DNA from: Leucoraja ocellata
Lineage: Eukaryota
Direction of reading: 5' to 3'
Assembly (NCBI GenBank): GCA_036785375.1
Contig: JAWMAR010000471.1
Location: 1,054,001-1,117,815, forward strand
DNA length: 63,815 nucleotides
Shown here one piece after another: positions 10,935 through 25,393 of the stretch. Both the position numbers and the translations under genes were made by a program. Under the pieces are notes generated by a model, which had not been told where the DNA came from, searched no databases, and worked only from the letters and a program-made list of their open reading frames with translations. Within the stretch, counting starts at the first letter, position 1; each line of letters begins with the position of its first letter.

Positions 10935-12210
10935 AACCTACTTGAACCCCTCCAATCTGGCTTTCGCCCCCTCCATAGCACAGAAACTGCTCTCCTCAAA
11001 GTCCTCAACGACCTCCTCACCTCTGATGACACTGGGTACCTCAACATCCTCATCCTCCTCGACCTGGCGCAGCCTTCGATATAGTGAACCATAACATCCT
11101 GCTCACCAGACACAAAGACCTCGGCATTGAAGGCTCTGCACTCAGCTGGCTCCGTTCTAACCTTTCCAACATATCCCACTTCATCTCTCTCCACAACCAC
11201 ACCTCTGCTACAGCCACAGTCACTCAAGGCGTTCCCCAAGGCTCCGTACTCGGCCCCTCATCTTCATCATCTACATGCTCCCCCTTGGTCAGATACTCCC
11301 GCCACTTCAACCTGGACTTCCAACTGTTACGCTGATGACACCCAGATCTACCTTGGCACCAAATCCCACCACACCCCTCCCACCCTCCCATATCAACTCC
11401 TGTTTGTCCAGCTATAAAAACCTGGATGCAACATAATTTCCTCAAACTCAACAGCGTAAAACAGAATTCCTACTCATAGGCTCCAAAGCCACACATCAGC
11501 AAAATCAATAACCCCACTCTCACCATCGACGGCAACACTGTTTCCCCATCTCCCAGGCCCGCAACCTTGTGTGATCTTTGATTCCACCCTCTCCCTTGAG
11601 CCTCACATCCGCCATGTCATTAAAACCACCTTCTGTCATCTCCGCAACATCGCCAAACTCAGACCCTCTCTCACACCTCCCGCTGCTGAAAGACTTATCC
11701 ATGCCTTCATCTCCTCCCGACTGGACTATTGCAACTCACTTCTCCTTGGCATCAGCTCCACCTACATCAACCGACTCCAACTGGTCCAGAATGCAGCCGC
11801 CCGACTCATCACCCACACCAAATCCTGGCATCACATCACTCCAGTCCTCAAACAACTTCACTGGCTTCCCATCTCCCACCGGATCACTTACAAAATCCTG
11901 ATCCTCACCTACAAAGCCCTCCACCATCTGGCCTCCACATATCTCACTGACCTCCTCTCCCCTACCAACCTTCACGGTCCCCTCAGATCCACATCAGCCG
12001 GTCTCCTCTCCATCCACAAGTCCAACCTCCGCAGTTTCGGGGACAGAGCCTTCTCCAGGGCAGCTCCCAGCTCTTGAACTCCCTCCCCCAACTGATCCGC
12101 AATTCCGTGTCTCTCACTATCTTCCAGTCCCGCCTCAAGACCCATCTCTTCACCTCTGCCTACCCTTAGCCCCGCGTCCCCCTCCCTTTTCATCTGTGCA
12201 TAAAGGGCCA
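10935..12210 (+). mobile_element. L2-clade LINE 3' portion (tail continues at about 14963-15141)
   Basis: GVPQGSVLGP, YADDTQIY, SRLDYCNSLL, HITPVLKQLHWLP; (TAT)n tail resumes after the CR1 insertion. Confidence 0.85.
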
Positions 12211-12239
12211 CTTTTCAACATAATTGTATAAGGGGTAAG

Positions 12240-14962
12240 AGTGTTGTAAAAACAAGCCTGAAGGCTTTGTGTCTCAATGCAAGGAGCATTCGTAATAATG
12301 TGGATGAGTTGAATGTGCAGATAGCAATTAATGACTATGATATAGTTGGGATCACGGAGACATGGCTCCAGGGTGACCAAGGCTGGGAGCTGAACATCCA
12401 GAGATATTCAATATTCAGGAGGGATAGAGAGAAAGGAAAAGGAGGTGAGGTAGCGTTGCTGATTAGCGAGGAGATAATTCAATGGAAAGGAAGGACATTA
12501 GTTTGGAGGATGTGTAATCGGTATGGGTAGAGCTGCGAAACACTAAGGGCGGAAAACGCTGGGGTGTTTGTGTACAGGCCACCTAACAGTAGTAGTGAAG
12601 TTGGAGATGGTATCAAACAGGAAATTAGAACTGCGTGCGACAAAGGCAAAACAGTTATAATGGGTGCCTTGGGCAAGAGTGACCATAATATGGTTGAGTT
12701 CTTCATTAGAATGGGAGAGTGACATTGTTAATTCAGAAACAATGGTTCTGAACTTAAAGAAAGGTAACTTTGAGGGTATGAGACGTGAATTGGCCAAGAT
12801 TGACGGGCAATTGATTCTAAAAGGGTTGACGGTGGATATGCAATGGAAGACATTAAAGACCTGCATGGATGAACTACAACAATTGTTCATCCCAGTTTGG
12901 CAAAAGAATAAAATCAGGAAGGTAGTACATCCGTGGATAACAACGGAAATCAACGATAGTATCAAAGCGAAGGATGATGCGTACAAATTAGCCAGAAAAA
13001 GCAGCATACCGCAGGACTGGGAGAAATTCAGAGACCAGCAGAGGAGTACAAAGGGCTTAATTAGGAAAGGAAAATAGTTTATGAAAGAAATCTTGCAGGG
13101 AAACATAAAAAACTGACTGCAAAAGTTTTTTATAGATATGTGAAAAGAAAGAGATTAGTTTAAAACAAATGAAGGTCCCTTGCAGTCAGAAAAAGGTGAG
13201 TTGATCATGGGGAACAAGGATATGGCGGACCAATTGAATAACTACTTTGGTTCCGTCTTCACTAAGGAAGACATAAATAATTTTGCCGGAAATAGCAGGG
13301 ACCCGGGGTCGGTCAAAGGAGTTGGAGAATTGAGTGAAATCCAGGTTAGCCGGAAGTGGTGTTGGGTAAATTGTATGGATTAAAGGCCGATAAATCCCCA
13401 GGACCAGATAGGCTGCATCCCAGAGTACTGAAGGAAGTAGCTCCAGAAATAGTGGATGCATTAGTAATAATCTTTCAAACTCTTTAGATTCTGGAGCTGT
13501 TCCTGAGGATTGGCGGTAGCAAACGTAACCCCACTTTTTAAGAAGGGAGGGAGAGAGGAAAGGGGGAATTACAGACCAGTTAGTCTAACATCGGTAGTGG
13601 GGAAACTGCTAGAGTCAGTTATTAAAGATGGGATAGCAGCACATTTGGAAAGTGGTGAAATCATTGGACAAAGTCATCATAGATTTACGAAAGGTAAATC
13701 ATATCTGACGAATCTTATAGAATTTTTCGAGGATGTAACTAGTAGCGTGGATAGGGGAGAACCAGTGGATGTGGTGTATCTGGACTTCCAGAAGGCTTTC
13801 GACAAGGTCCCACATAAGAGATTAGAATACAAACTTAAAGTACACGGCATTGGGGGTTCAGTATTGATGTGGATAGAGAGCTGGCTGGCAAACAGGAAGC
13901 AAAGAGTAGGAGTAAACAGGTCCTTTTCACAATTGCAGGCAGTGACTAGTGGGGCACCGCAAGGCTCAGTGCTGGGACCCCAGCTATTTACAATAAATAT
14001 TAATGATCTGGATGAGGGAATTGAATGCATTATCTCCAAGTTTGCGGATGACACTAAGCTGGGGGGCAGTGTTAGCTGTGAGGAGGATGCTAGGAGACTG
14101 CAAGGTGACTTGGGTAGGCTGGGTGAGTGGGCAAATGTTTGGCAGATGCAGTATAATGTGGATAAATGTGAGGTTATCCATTTTGGTGGCAAACACAGGA
14201 AAGCAGACTATTATCTAAATGGTGGTCGACTAGGAATAGGGGAGATGCAGCGAGACCTGGGTGTCATGGTACACCAGTCATTGAAAGTAGGCATGCAGGT
14301 GCAGCAGCCAGTGAGGGAAGCGAATGGTACGTTAGCTTTCATAGCAAAAGGATTTGAGTATAGGAGCAGGGAGGTTCTACTGCAGTTGTACAGGGTCTTG
14401 GTGAGACCACACCTGGAGTATTGCGTACAGTTTTGGTCTCCAAATCTGAGGAAGGACATTATTGCCATAGAGGGAGTGCAGAGAAGGTTCACCAGTCTGA
14501 TTCCTGGGATGTCAGGACTGTCTCATGCAGAAAGACTGGATAGACTTGGTTTATACTCTCTAGAATTTAGGAGATTGAGAGAGGATCTTATAGAAACTTA
14601 CAAAATTCTTAAGGGGTTGGACAGACTAGATGCAGGAAGATTGTTCCCGATGTTGGGGAAGTCCAGGACAAGGGGTCACAGCTTAAGGATAAGGGGGAAA
14701 ACCATTAAAACCAAGATGAGAAGAACTTTTTTCACACAGAGAGTGGTGAATCTCTGGAACTCTCTGCCGCAGAGGGTAGTCGAGGCAAGTTCATTGGCTA
14801 TATTAAAGAGGGAGTTAGATGTGGCCCCTGTGGCTAAGGGGATCAGAGGGTAAGGAGATAAGGCAGGTACGGGATACTGAGTTGGATGATCAGCCATGAT
14901 CATATTGATTGGCGGTGCAGGCTCGAAGGGCCGAATGGCCTACTCCTGCACCTAATTTCTAT
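12240..14962 (+). mobile_element. Long CR1-clade LINE (elasmobranch HER1-like) inserted into the 3' end of an L2 element
   Basis: ITETWL endonuclease remnant, RT ORF 13510-14853 (LDFQKAFD, PQGSVLGP, FADD), 3' end ...GGCCTACTCCTGCACCTAATTTCTATG. Confidence 0.9.
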
Positions 14963-15269
14963 GTTTGCCTTATTATTGTGTTTTGTATTTTGAATTCTGT
15001 CTTTACTTTGTGTACTAGTCATGTCTCTACTATTTATTTCATTCCCCTTACATGTTCTTCCTCTACTTGCTAAATTTTTGTAAGGTGTCCTTGAGACTCT
15101 TGAAAGGCGCCCATAAATAAAATGTATTATTATTATTATTATCCTTCGCAGTAAAGTTAGTGGCCTTCCCGAGTCTGAGACGCGGCAGTTTGGGGACCTT
15201 GCGAAGCGCCTATGAGTGAGGAGCCCCACTCCTACGAAGTGTGAGGGAAAACCCTTAGTATGACTTCAA

Positions 15270-15645
15270 CATGAAGATCGCAGTTGATAGCCTAACCATT
15301 TATGGCGGAAGGCGGGACCTTCGCAGATGTCATCATCTATCAATCGTCAAAGAGGGGATATATTGGTACGTTTTCTGCAAGAGGCGCATACTGTTGTCAG
15401 TGATGAAACCTCGTGTCTCATGGAATGGGAAGAGCCACCACAGCACAAATTCGAGTGGGGTGGCCTTCCTGTTGCCCCTGACTTCCCAGCCAGTGATCCT
15501 GAAGGTGCAGGAAATTGTGCCAGGCCGTTCGCTCTATCTGGCCGTGAGCGTGGCTGACATGCCGTTTCATTTCATTAACTTGCCCGCCATAAGCGTGCAG
15601 GCGTGCCTACTTCAGGAGGTGACAGCTCTGCTGAATATTTTATAA
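15270..15645 (+). mobile_element. Degraded Tx1/L1-type endonuclease fragment
   Basis: SLTIYGGR...FLQEAH...SGVAFL...IVPGR motifs across frames. Confidence 0.5.
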
Positions 15646-15711
15646 AGCAGATGTTCTACCATTCTTCTACCATTCATCAACGAGGAACACGCACAGGTTT
15701 CATTTGATTCA

Positions 15712-15950
15712 GAAAGAACTACAGATGCTGGATACATCGAAGGGTGACAAAAATGCTGGAGAAACACAGCGGATGAGGCAGCATCTGTGGAGCGAAGCCC
15801 CCCCCCCCCCCCCCCGCCCCCACCCCAACATCAGCCTGAAGAAGGATCTCAACCCGAAACGTGACCTGTTCCTTCGCTCCATAGTTGAAGCCTCACCCGC
15901 TGAGTTTCTCCAGCATTTTGTCTACCTTCCATTGTTCCAGCAGCTGCAGA
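15712..15950 (+). mobile_element. Palindromic Penelope-derived non-autonomous element
   Basis: Inverted arms (CAGATGCTGG...AAAATGCTGGAGAAAC / GTTTCTCCAGCATTTT...CCAGCAGCTG) and a CTGAAGAAGG...CCCGAAACGT motif. Confidence 0.6.
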
Positions 15951-16038
15951 ACTTTCTTAAACTAATGTTTAAACTAAATGTTTGTATTTTCACATAAATC
16001 CGATAATCAAACCACTCGCGTGTTGTTGTGATATTATT

Positions 16039-18557
16039 TTAATGATATTGTTTTACCAATTGCCCTATATTTTTAGCTCGGCGGAATGGATATGTTAGCA
16101 CACGGACCAACTCATCTCTGAACTTGCGCTGTGTCACGGTGTAAATGGCCGTGTTGGTGCAGGAGCTCAGGAGCTGAAGCATAAATCCAACCTTTTCAAA
16201 TTCGAACAGGGGGTTTGGCGAGGACCTGCGTAAGGGGAAATTAAACCATCGAAGCGCAATAAAATGTGCGACACTTGTGGCCCAGAGCAGGATGAAGGAG
16301 CTCGAGATTGCCAGAAGTAAAACGACCGACCGTCTGCGGTTCACCATCTCCTGGTCTTTCTTTTTCTCGCCACCGCTGAGATCTCGGAGGCTCCTGCGGA
16401 CCCGACTGGCCACGGAAATACGTCTGACGGTGAGCGCGTTAAACAACAAAATCAGGCAGAATGGAATCACCGGGGTGAACAACTGTTCGATCCAAGAGAA
16501 CACCATCCATTCGTGACGTATGTAAAAATTTACATCTTTGGCGCAGCCCAGATTCCGTTCACTTAGGAAATAGGGAACGTATGCGAAGGGCAAAGGTGTA
16601 TTCAGAAGGCAGACGAACGGGGTCACTGTCAGAATAACAATCGACGCGGTTCTCTCGGTGCAATATTTGGCCTTCATATTCTTAGTAGAAATCGCAACAA
16701 AGCGATCAAATGTGAACGCGACTGTGAACCATACAGAACATTCCACCGACACGGGAGCCAGGTAGAGTATTATTTTACACACAGGAGTGTAGGTCAATGA
16801 AGTAGGCCACCAATACATATCAGCAATCCGACGAAATACCACGTCCATGAGAAGCACAGAGAGGTCCGCGGTCGCCATGGCTACCATGTAACGAGTGATG
16901 CACTTGGTGAGGCCGCACTTGCCACGGGACAGGATCACAATCGCCATCAGATTCACTGGGAAAGAATGAAAACAGAACTGATTAATTGTGTGGTGTATAG
17001 GTTGGTGGGATGGGAGCAGACGGAGTAATTTAAACCTGTGTCTCCAGTGGTAGAGACTATTTATTTAATTAATCAATATTTGGGACAGTCACCCGTCAAA
17101 CGTTTGCCAAAACTATGTTCAATCAGATATTTATTAAATTCCTGATTACCAAAATTAGTGGCACTGCTTTATGTAGAAAATAATTACATAAAGATGAAAA
17201 TATTGGTACAAACGACAATCCGATTTTAGAAATCAGGGATTTAGTCTGCAAATGAATAAAATCCCGTTTACCAAAATTAGCGGGTTTGCCTTATGTAGTA
17301 ATCTTCACATCATTATGCCAATCGCTTGATGTTGATGTAACATCCATCGTTGATGTAAAATATACAATATTTTCAACCGGTCAGTCAGTGTCTCTGAAAA
17401 ATGGAATTAACAATCCAAATTACCGTCTATTAAATCAGAATGAAGAGGGGATCCTCCCAATATCAAATATGTGATTTAATTTTCCAACATGAAAGGATTT
17501 CAGGGAAGCGCAGCAAATATAATTACAAACACCCTTCACAAACAAGGCTAACAACATAACGGGCATGTATTTTCTGCCGAACAACGGGCGGACCTGTGTT
17601 CTGTCGCTGACAAGAAAAGGTGCTGGAGTATCTCAGTGGCGGAAGCAATATATCTGGAGGACATAGATAGGCGATGTATCAACTCGAGCCCCTTCTTCAG
17701 ACTCTGATCGGAACAATGATCCCAACCCGATACGTCGACTGCGTCGGTCCTCCAGAGATGCTGCAAGACTGGCTGAGTTAACCAGTCATTTGGTTCCACT
17801 GCAAGATATCTGCACGTGTAGTTTATTTTATCTGCACTCCGATTTTGTGGAACAGGTTGTACGTACGACCTTCAAACCTGTCTCTGCGAAATTATCCCTA
17901 TGAGAATTTAAGAGCGAATCATAAAATGCAGTGTCAAATGACTGGACGGGGTGTATTTCTCGTTCTGCCGAGTGCAGTACGCACAGTGGAACAGAAACTG
18001 CCACTCACAGCGAGGACGAAGTTTCGCTTCACCGACCGGCATTGATTTCAGTAAACAGCCGCGAAACTACATTCCTGCCAACGCCAATGAGCGGCATCCA
18101 TCACATACACCATCGCGCTTCCTCGCTCCTAAGATGTACATTGCTTAGTTTATTTTAGTTTAGGAATACAGCGCGAAAACAGGAAAACAGCCCACGTAAT
18201 CCGCGCCGGTCGCGCACACTAACACGAGCCGACACACACCAGGGACAATTTATTTTACTTTTATGGAGCGTGGGAGGTAACCGAAAATCTGGCGGAAAAC
18301 CTAAAAGGTTACGGGGACAAGGTACAAACTCCGCACAGACATCCGCTGTAAGACAGTTGGTCTAACGCTGCGCCGCCATGCAGCCCTAACGCCTGCTAGT
18401 TATTCGGTATGTTCTCTTAACCTTTAATATTCTGCGCGTTTAAAACAGTCTTTGATAGTTCCATGAGATGTACCGACAATTACCTACCAGGTATACCGAT
18501 TACTGCCAGAATCGGGTAATACACATTTTCTATATCCGTGATCTCCTCATAATACAT
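16039..18557 (-). CDS. Two-exon class A orphan GPCR, GPR139/GPR142-like, about 328 aa (exon 1 18557-18488, exon 2 16955-16039)
   Basis: Exon 1 MYYEEITDIENVYYPILAVIGIP, G|GTAGGT donor, joins CAG|TGAAT in phase 1. Seven hydrophobic segments, ATADL in TM2, TFDRF (DRY), CTNTAIY (NPxxY), Cys at the top of TM3 and in ECL2. Confidence 0.88.
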
Positions 18558-21500
18558 TTTAATGCGACGGTCCAGGCGACCACTCCTTGTGCTGCCACTC
18601 AGCGGTTGTCAGCGAAACAAACAAATATCTGGCATATTTATAAACTAGAGAAAGGGAAAACAGGCAACTAGATTACATCCCTGTGGACATTACTTACACA
18701 CTTTTGAACAAACATCTACTGTTTTACTCAGATTCACCTTATTCTTAAACTGTGGCCCCTGGTTCTGGACTCCCCCAACTTCGGGAACATGACTCGTGCC
18801 TTTTCCGTGCCCAAAGCTTTAATAATCTCATATGTTTCAATAAGATCCCCTCTGATTCTTCTGAATTACAGATTATACAAACCCAGCCACCCCATTATCT
18901 CAGCATATGACAACCTAGAAATTAACCACGTGAACCTACGCTGCATTCCTACAAGAGCAAGAATATTGGACCGGCTAGATGCAGGAAAAATATTCCGGAT
19001 ATTGTGAGAGTCCAGAAAAAGAGGTCCCAGTTTACGAATAAGTGGTCGGCCATTTAGAAACATAGGAACAATTTAGATGATTGAGGGGGCGATCTTATTG
19101 AAACTTACAAAATTCTTAAGGGGTTGGACAGGCTAGATACAGGATGATTGTTCCCGATGTTGGGGAGGTCCAGATCATAGAAACATAGAAACATAGAAAT
19201 TAGGTGCAGGAGTAGGCCATTCGGCCCTTCGAGCCTGCACCGCCAATCAATATGATCATGGCTGATCATCCAACTCAGTATCCCGTACCTGCCTTCTCTC
19301 CATACCCCCTGATCCCCTTAGCCACAAGGGCCACATCTAACTCCCTCTTAAATATAGCCAATGAACTGGCCTCAACTACCCTCTGTGGCAGAGAGTTCCA
19401 GAGATTCACCACTCTCTGTGTGAAAAAAGTTCTTCTCATATCGGTTTTAAAGGATTTCTCCTTTATCCTTAAGCTGTGACCCCTTGTCCTGGACTTCCCT
19501 AACATCGGGTACAATCTTCCCCCATCTAGCCTGTCCAACCCCTTAAGAATTTTGTAAGTTTCTATAAGATCCCCCCTCAATCTTCTAAATTCTAGAGAGT
19601 ATAAACCAAGTCTATCCAGTCTTTCTTCATAAGACAGTCCTGGCATCCCAGGAATCAGTCTGGTGAACCGTCTCTGCATTCCCTCTATGGCAATAATGTC
19701 CTTCCTCAGATTTGGAGACCAAAACTGTACGCAATACTCCAGGTGTGGTCTCACCAAGACCCTGTACAACTGCAGTAGAACCTCTCTGCTCCTATACTCA
19801 AATCCCTTTGCAATGAAAGCTAACATACCATTCGCTTTCTTTACTGCCTGCTGCACCTGCATGCCTACCTTCAACGACTGGTGTACCATGACACCCAGGT
19901 CTCGCTGCATCTCCCCCTTTTGATTGAGAGGGGATCTTATAGAAACTTACAAAATTCTTAAGGGGTTGGACAGGCTAGATGCAGGAAGATTGCTCCCGAT
20001 GTTGGACAAGTCCAGGACAAGGGGTCACAGCTTAAGGATAAGGGGAACATCCTTTAAAACCGAGATGAGAAGAACTTTTTTCACACAGAGAGTGGTGAAC
20101 TCTGGAACTCTCTGCCACAGAGGGTAGTCGAGCCCAGTTCATTGGTTATATTTAAGAGGGAGTTAGATGTGGCCCTTGTGGCTAAGGGGATCAGAGGGTA
20201 TGGAGAGAAGGCAGGTACGGGATACTGAGTTGGATGATCAGCCATGATCATATTGAATGGCGGTGCAGGCTCGAAGGGCCGAATGGCCTACTCCTGCACC
20301 TAATTTCTATGTTTGCTTTATTATTGTGTTTTGTATTGAATTCTGTCTTTACTTTGTGTACTAGTCATGTCTCTACTATTTATTTCATTCCCCTTACATG
20401 TTTTTCCTCTACCTGCTAAATTTTTGTAAGGTGTCCTTGGGACTCTTGAAAGGCGCCCATAAATAAAATGTATTATTATTATTATTATTATCCTTCGCAG
20501 TAAAGTTATTGGCCTTCCCTGTCTTATGAAGAAAGACTGAATAGACTTGGTATATACTGTCTAGAATTTAGGAGTTTGAGAGGGGATCTTATAGAAACTT
20601 ACAACATTCTTAAGGAGTTGGACAGGCTAGATGCAGGAAGATTGTTCCCGATGTTAGGGAAGTCCAGACAAGGGGTCACAGCTTAAGGATAAGGGGGAAA
20701 TCCTTTAAAATCGAGATGGGATGAACTTTTTTTCACACAGAGAGTGATGAATCTCTGGAACTCTCTGCGGGTCGTTGAGGCCAGTTCATTGGCTATATTT
20801 AAGAAGGAGTTAGATATGGCCCTTGTGGCTAAGGGGATCAGGGGGTATGGAGAGAAGGCAGGTACTGGATACTGAGTTGGATGATCAGCCATGATCATAT
20901 TGAATGGCGGTGCAGGCTCGAAGGGCCGAATGGCATACTCCTGCACCTAATTTCTATGTTTCTATACGTGTTTCCGTTTCTGCAAGATCTCCGCTCATCC
21001 TTCTAAATTCCAGTGAATACAATCCAGGTCTTTCCAACCTTTCCCCATATAACAGTCCCGCCATACCGGGTAGTAATCTGGTGAACCTTCGCTGTACTCC
21101 CTCCATAGCAAGGATGTCGTTCCCCAATTTAGGAGACCAAAACTGCACATCCAGATGTTGTCTCACCAAGGCCCTGTACGACCGCAGAAGGACGTCTACT
21201 CCTATACTCAAACAAAGCCAGAAACAAACTTCAAACAATGCCAGAAATCTCGGGGTTATTATGGATTCAGATTTACATTTCGACAGTCACATCAAATCAG
21301 TAAAAAAATCGGCTACTATCACCTCAAAAACGTAGTAAGACTAAGAGGACTCATGTCAGCTCAAGACTTAGAAAAACTTGTACATGCCTTTATTACTAGT
21401 AGGCTAGATTGTTGTAACGGTCTGCTTGCAGGTCTTCCGAAAAAGCTGTCAGGCAGCTACAGCTTGTTCAGATCGCTGTTGCTAGAGTTCTAACAAAGAC

Positions 21501-24164
21501 AAAAACATTTGAACACATTACACCAATTCTTAAATCCTTACATTGGCTCCCTGTATGTCAGAGAATTGATTTGAATATCCCGCTGCTCACCTATAAATTA
21601 CTACATGGATTAGGGCCAAAGTGTATCACTGACATGGTTCCACTATATAAGCCTTCTAGACCGCTAAGATCTTCTGAGACCAATCTGTTAGTCATTCCCA
21701 GAGTAAATACAAAACATGGGAAAGCAGGATTTAGTTACTATGCAACAAATAGCTGGAATAAACTTCCTGATGATTTAAGACTTGCCTCAACTTTAACCAC
21801 TTTTAAAACAAGACTGAAAACATTTAATGTTTACTTTAGCTTTCAGCTAAATCTTAACTACATTGCACTCTTAACTTTTGCACTTTTTTATAATGCACTT
21901 TTATTTTATTTTCTTTTAATTCATTTATTTTATTTCATTTTATTATTTCGTATTATTGTCTGACATGTTTTTTTATGTGAAGCACTTTGAGTCTGCCTCG
22001 TGTATGAAATGTACTATATAAATAAAGTTGCCTTGCCTTGCTTTACTCAAATCCTCTCGTATTGAAGGCCAACTTAATTTTCTTCACTACCAGGTGTACC
22101 TGAATGTTTACTTTCTGTGACTGGTGTACAAGGACACCCAGGTCTCGTTGCACATCCCTATTACCCAGTCTGACACCATTGTGACAGTAATCTGCTTCCA
22201 CGTTCTTGCCGTCAAAGTGGATAACCTCACATTTACCGACATTATACCGCATCTGCCATGAATCTGCCCACTCAATCAACCTGTCCAGGTCACCCTGCAA
22301 CCACCTAGCCTCCTCTTCGCAGTTCACAATGCCACCCAGCTTGGTGTAATCTGCAAATGTGTTCGTGTTCCTTTGTATTCCATCATCTAAATCGTTAATA
22401 TATATTGTGAATAGTTGTGGCCCCTGCACCGAGCCTTACGGCACTCCACTCGCCACTGCCTGCCATTTATGACAGGGACATCCTTCGTCAATTTTACTTG
22501 TCACATGCTCAAAAGATTCCAGAAGATTAGTCGATCAGGATTTCCCTGATGCCCTTGAGAATAATCCATCTCAGAGGCATCTCAAACTGCCTTTCTTGGG
22601 TTCCAGAATCAATCTGATTTTCTCTGTCTACCAGCATTTTTGAAACCTTCCGTAACAGCAGTGGCATTACATTTGTTACATCTCAATTTTAACTCCTGCT
22701 GCAACTTGCACCCTATATCCAAGCTACTGTTTCGGCGCCTGCAGATAACTCCCCTTGCCGACTTACCTTTTCAATTCCTCAATTCTATCCACAGCGAATT
22801 TACATCGTCCGTGGCTCTGTCAACCCTTGCATCAGCCAATCTTCCCTGTCCTGCCTGCAACTGGTCCAAAACGCCGCAGCGAGACTCCTGACGGGCACCC
22901 GAAAATGGGACCACATCACCCCGATCCTAGTCTCTCCACTGGCTCCCGCATACATTTCAAGACCCTCCTCTATGTCTACAAAGCCCTCGATGGGCTTGCC
23001 CCCTCCTACATTAAAAGTATTCTCATCCACCATACACCTCCAGGTACCACTGATCCGCGGACTTGGGGCTGCTGAATATCCCGTGGTCTAGGCATTAGCT
23101 TAGGGGCGATCGCGCCTTTGCGGTTGCAGCTCCTAGACTGTGGAACAGCATCCACCTTCCCATCAGAACTGCCCCCTCCATCGACTAAAGACAAGACTAA
23201 AATCCTATCTATACTCCCAAGCCTTTCCTGACGTCCACTGAGCGAGTGCTATATGTATATATGTATGTAGTTTGTATGTCTATACTATTCTTATAACAAA
23301 TGTAAAGCACTTTGACCAACGAGAGTTGTTGTTTAAATGTGCTATATAAATAAATGTGACTTGACTTGACTTGACATGCAAGGGATGCATCCCATCCCTC
23401 ATCAACAGAGCTACTCCACCTCCTGTGCCCACATGCCAAGATCATATTGAATCTTGGGTCAAAGGGAGAATGATTTACACCTACACGTATTTTCCATCTT
23501 TCTGTGTTTTCTCCATCCCTGCAGGTGACTGCATTATTTGCAATCTGTATGTTCCCTTTCACTGGCTCATTGACATTCGGAGGGATACCGGTACCCAGCC
23601 CGACTGTGGTCTCGCATTGACCTTTCGTCGATCTTACAAGCCGCGGTGCAGCAATTCCCACTACCTTCGGCCGTCCAGCCTGTCATCAAACAAACAAACA
23701 AACAGGTCTTGCACTGGCCTTCCTGCATTATTGCGGAGTTTCACAGGGGAGCGGCTGCCTCTGCTGACAAAACACCTCCGCCACCCGTTCAGTTTAGTTT
23801 ATTTGTCACGTATACCGATTGGAGAGGGGAATGTGCGTTCACCCTATCTACTGCCCCCATATGTTCAGCTGCCTGAATGGTTCAGATGGTCCTCTGATCG
23901 TCAGAGAAACGTCAGGGCCATATCAGATGTTTCACATCCGATTCCGGGCCACCAAACAAATCAGCAGATGTAACGATCCTCTTCTCAAACTCTCCCTCTC
24001 CTCGCACATCGATTTTCAAAAATTCCCAGAACACCGCCCGCACCGAAACGAACAGCCCAGCCTGAGGTCACCGCTCGGTTCTCCGGGATAGGCTGCAGGA
24101 TCTGTCTGGCGACCAGGTTTCCAGCCTCTCGTCACGCAAACTATTTATTCCCTGAGAAGGCGCG

Positions 24165-24686
24165 ATGGGAATCCTCCTGTTGTTTGTGCTGTCACTCTGA
24201 TTACGCCGTGAGTACCGGTCCCCTACTCCCACACAGTGCGGGTTTAACATAAAACAACTCGAGTCCACTCCGACCTGAATTTCAAACGCTGTCCGTGATG
24301 TATCCTTCTGCCGTGGTTCGCCTGGAATTCCCACTCACCTCTCCCTGTGTTTCATCTACAGACTCCTTCAGTCAGTCAGTGACCCAGAGCCCAAATGCGG
24401 TGACTGGAAAAGAGTGTGAGTCCGTCACCATCACCTGCCTTTTCCATGTTGGTTCCCGGGGTTACTACAAATTTAATGTAGGACATTTCTTCAAGCAAGC
24501 ACAACCCGGTGCTAAACGGCAACGGATCACAACAGGTGGACGGTTTGTTGTGTCAACCAATAAATTTACATTTACGTTGAAAATTCTTGGTTTGAGAGTT
24601 GAGGACAAGGCCACATATTACTGTCAAGCTGAGTACAGGTGGAGCATACACAGTGATGGGCCTGCGGTTCCATCAATACAAAAACC
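24165..24686 (+). pseudogene. NAR-TCR V, cassette 2: leader 24165-24207 with in-frame TGA, V exon 24362-24648 open, 22-RSS 24649-24686
   Basis: Leader codon 12 is TGA (24198-24200) where other copies have TGC. V exon SVTQSP...EDKATYYC is open. RSS is CACAGTG-22-ACAAAAACC. Confidence 0.85.
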
Positions 24687-25011
24687 CTGACGGCAGATTC
24701 TAGTAGCAACGTGAAGACGCTAGGTGAATCCACCGGGTAAACCCACGGGCCAACTTTGTCCCGCCTGCCCTGCATTCTGGGTTACACCGCATGAAATGCG
24801 TGCGATTCAAACAATGGGGTTTCTCTATTTGGCGAGTGCGGCTGGATAATGCCCCCTGTACCGAAAATGGTGTAAACGAACTGCCATCGAGAATGACTGA
24901 CCACTCTTCTGATGCACAACTCCAGACGGGATCCAGTTACACAAACTTCAATCTGAAAAATGCATTCGCTGAACGTTAATCTCCTGCCCGCCCGTCTCGC
25001 CGGGCGCCTGG

Positions 25012-25082
25012 GGATTTGAAAGTGACGTGTAACAACGTGTGGCAGCGGGATATCCACAGTGTAGGAGAGTCGAGTAAAAACT
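25012..25082 (+). other. D segment TGGCAGCGGGATATC (25040-25054) with 12/12 RSS, cassette 2
   Basis: GGATTTGAA-12-CAACGTG ... CACAGTG-12-GTAAAAACT. Confidence 0.8.
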
Positions 25083-25393
25083 CACCCCATTCAAGATATA
25101 TATTCTTGGGTTCCCCAACCAAAATATAACGAATATTGTTCGTGACGCTGTAGTCCAGATAAATTACACAGGGATTACCGCATTCCGTTAACATCCCTGA
25201 ATAATTGGTTCCCTGTTTGTCAAAACACACAAGCCTGCGTGTGGGAGATCACTCTGCTCTTAGCTCTGTTTCTTAGCGGGAACCGGTCGACCCACCGAGG
25301 ATTGGGAAGCAAGGACAGTCACCGGTTTGTCTGAAACTCCTGTAATAATTGGACAGCGATTCTAATGGTTGCCGGGCAAATCTTTGTGAGGAC

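Noticed and set aside
16039-16955. Olfactory receptor call, by analogy with ORs beside mammalian TCR alpha/delta
   Set aside because: Lacks OR motifs (LHTPMY, MAYDRYVAIC, KAFSTC) and has a coding intron.
16039-16956. Single-exon GPCR starting at the ORF-track 'M'
   Set aside because: That codon is GTG overlapping the splice acceptor. The N-terminus and first half of TM1 are on an upstream exon in all three paralogs.
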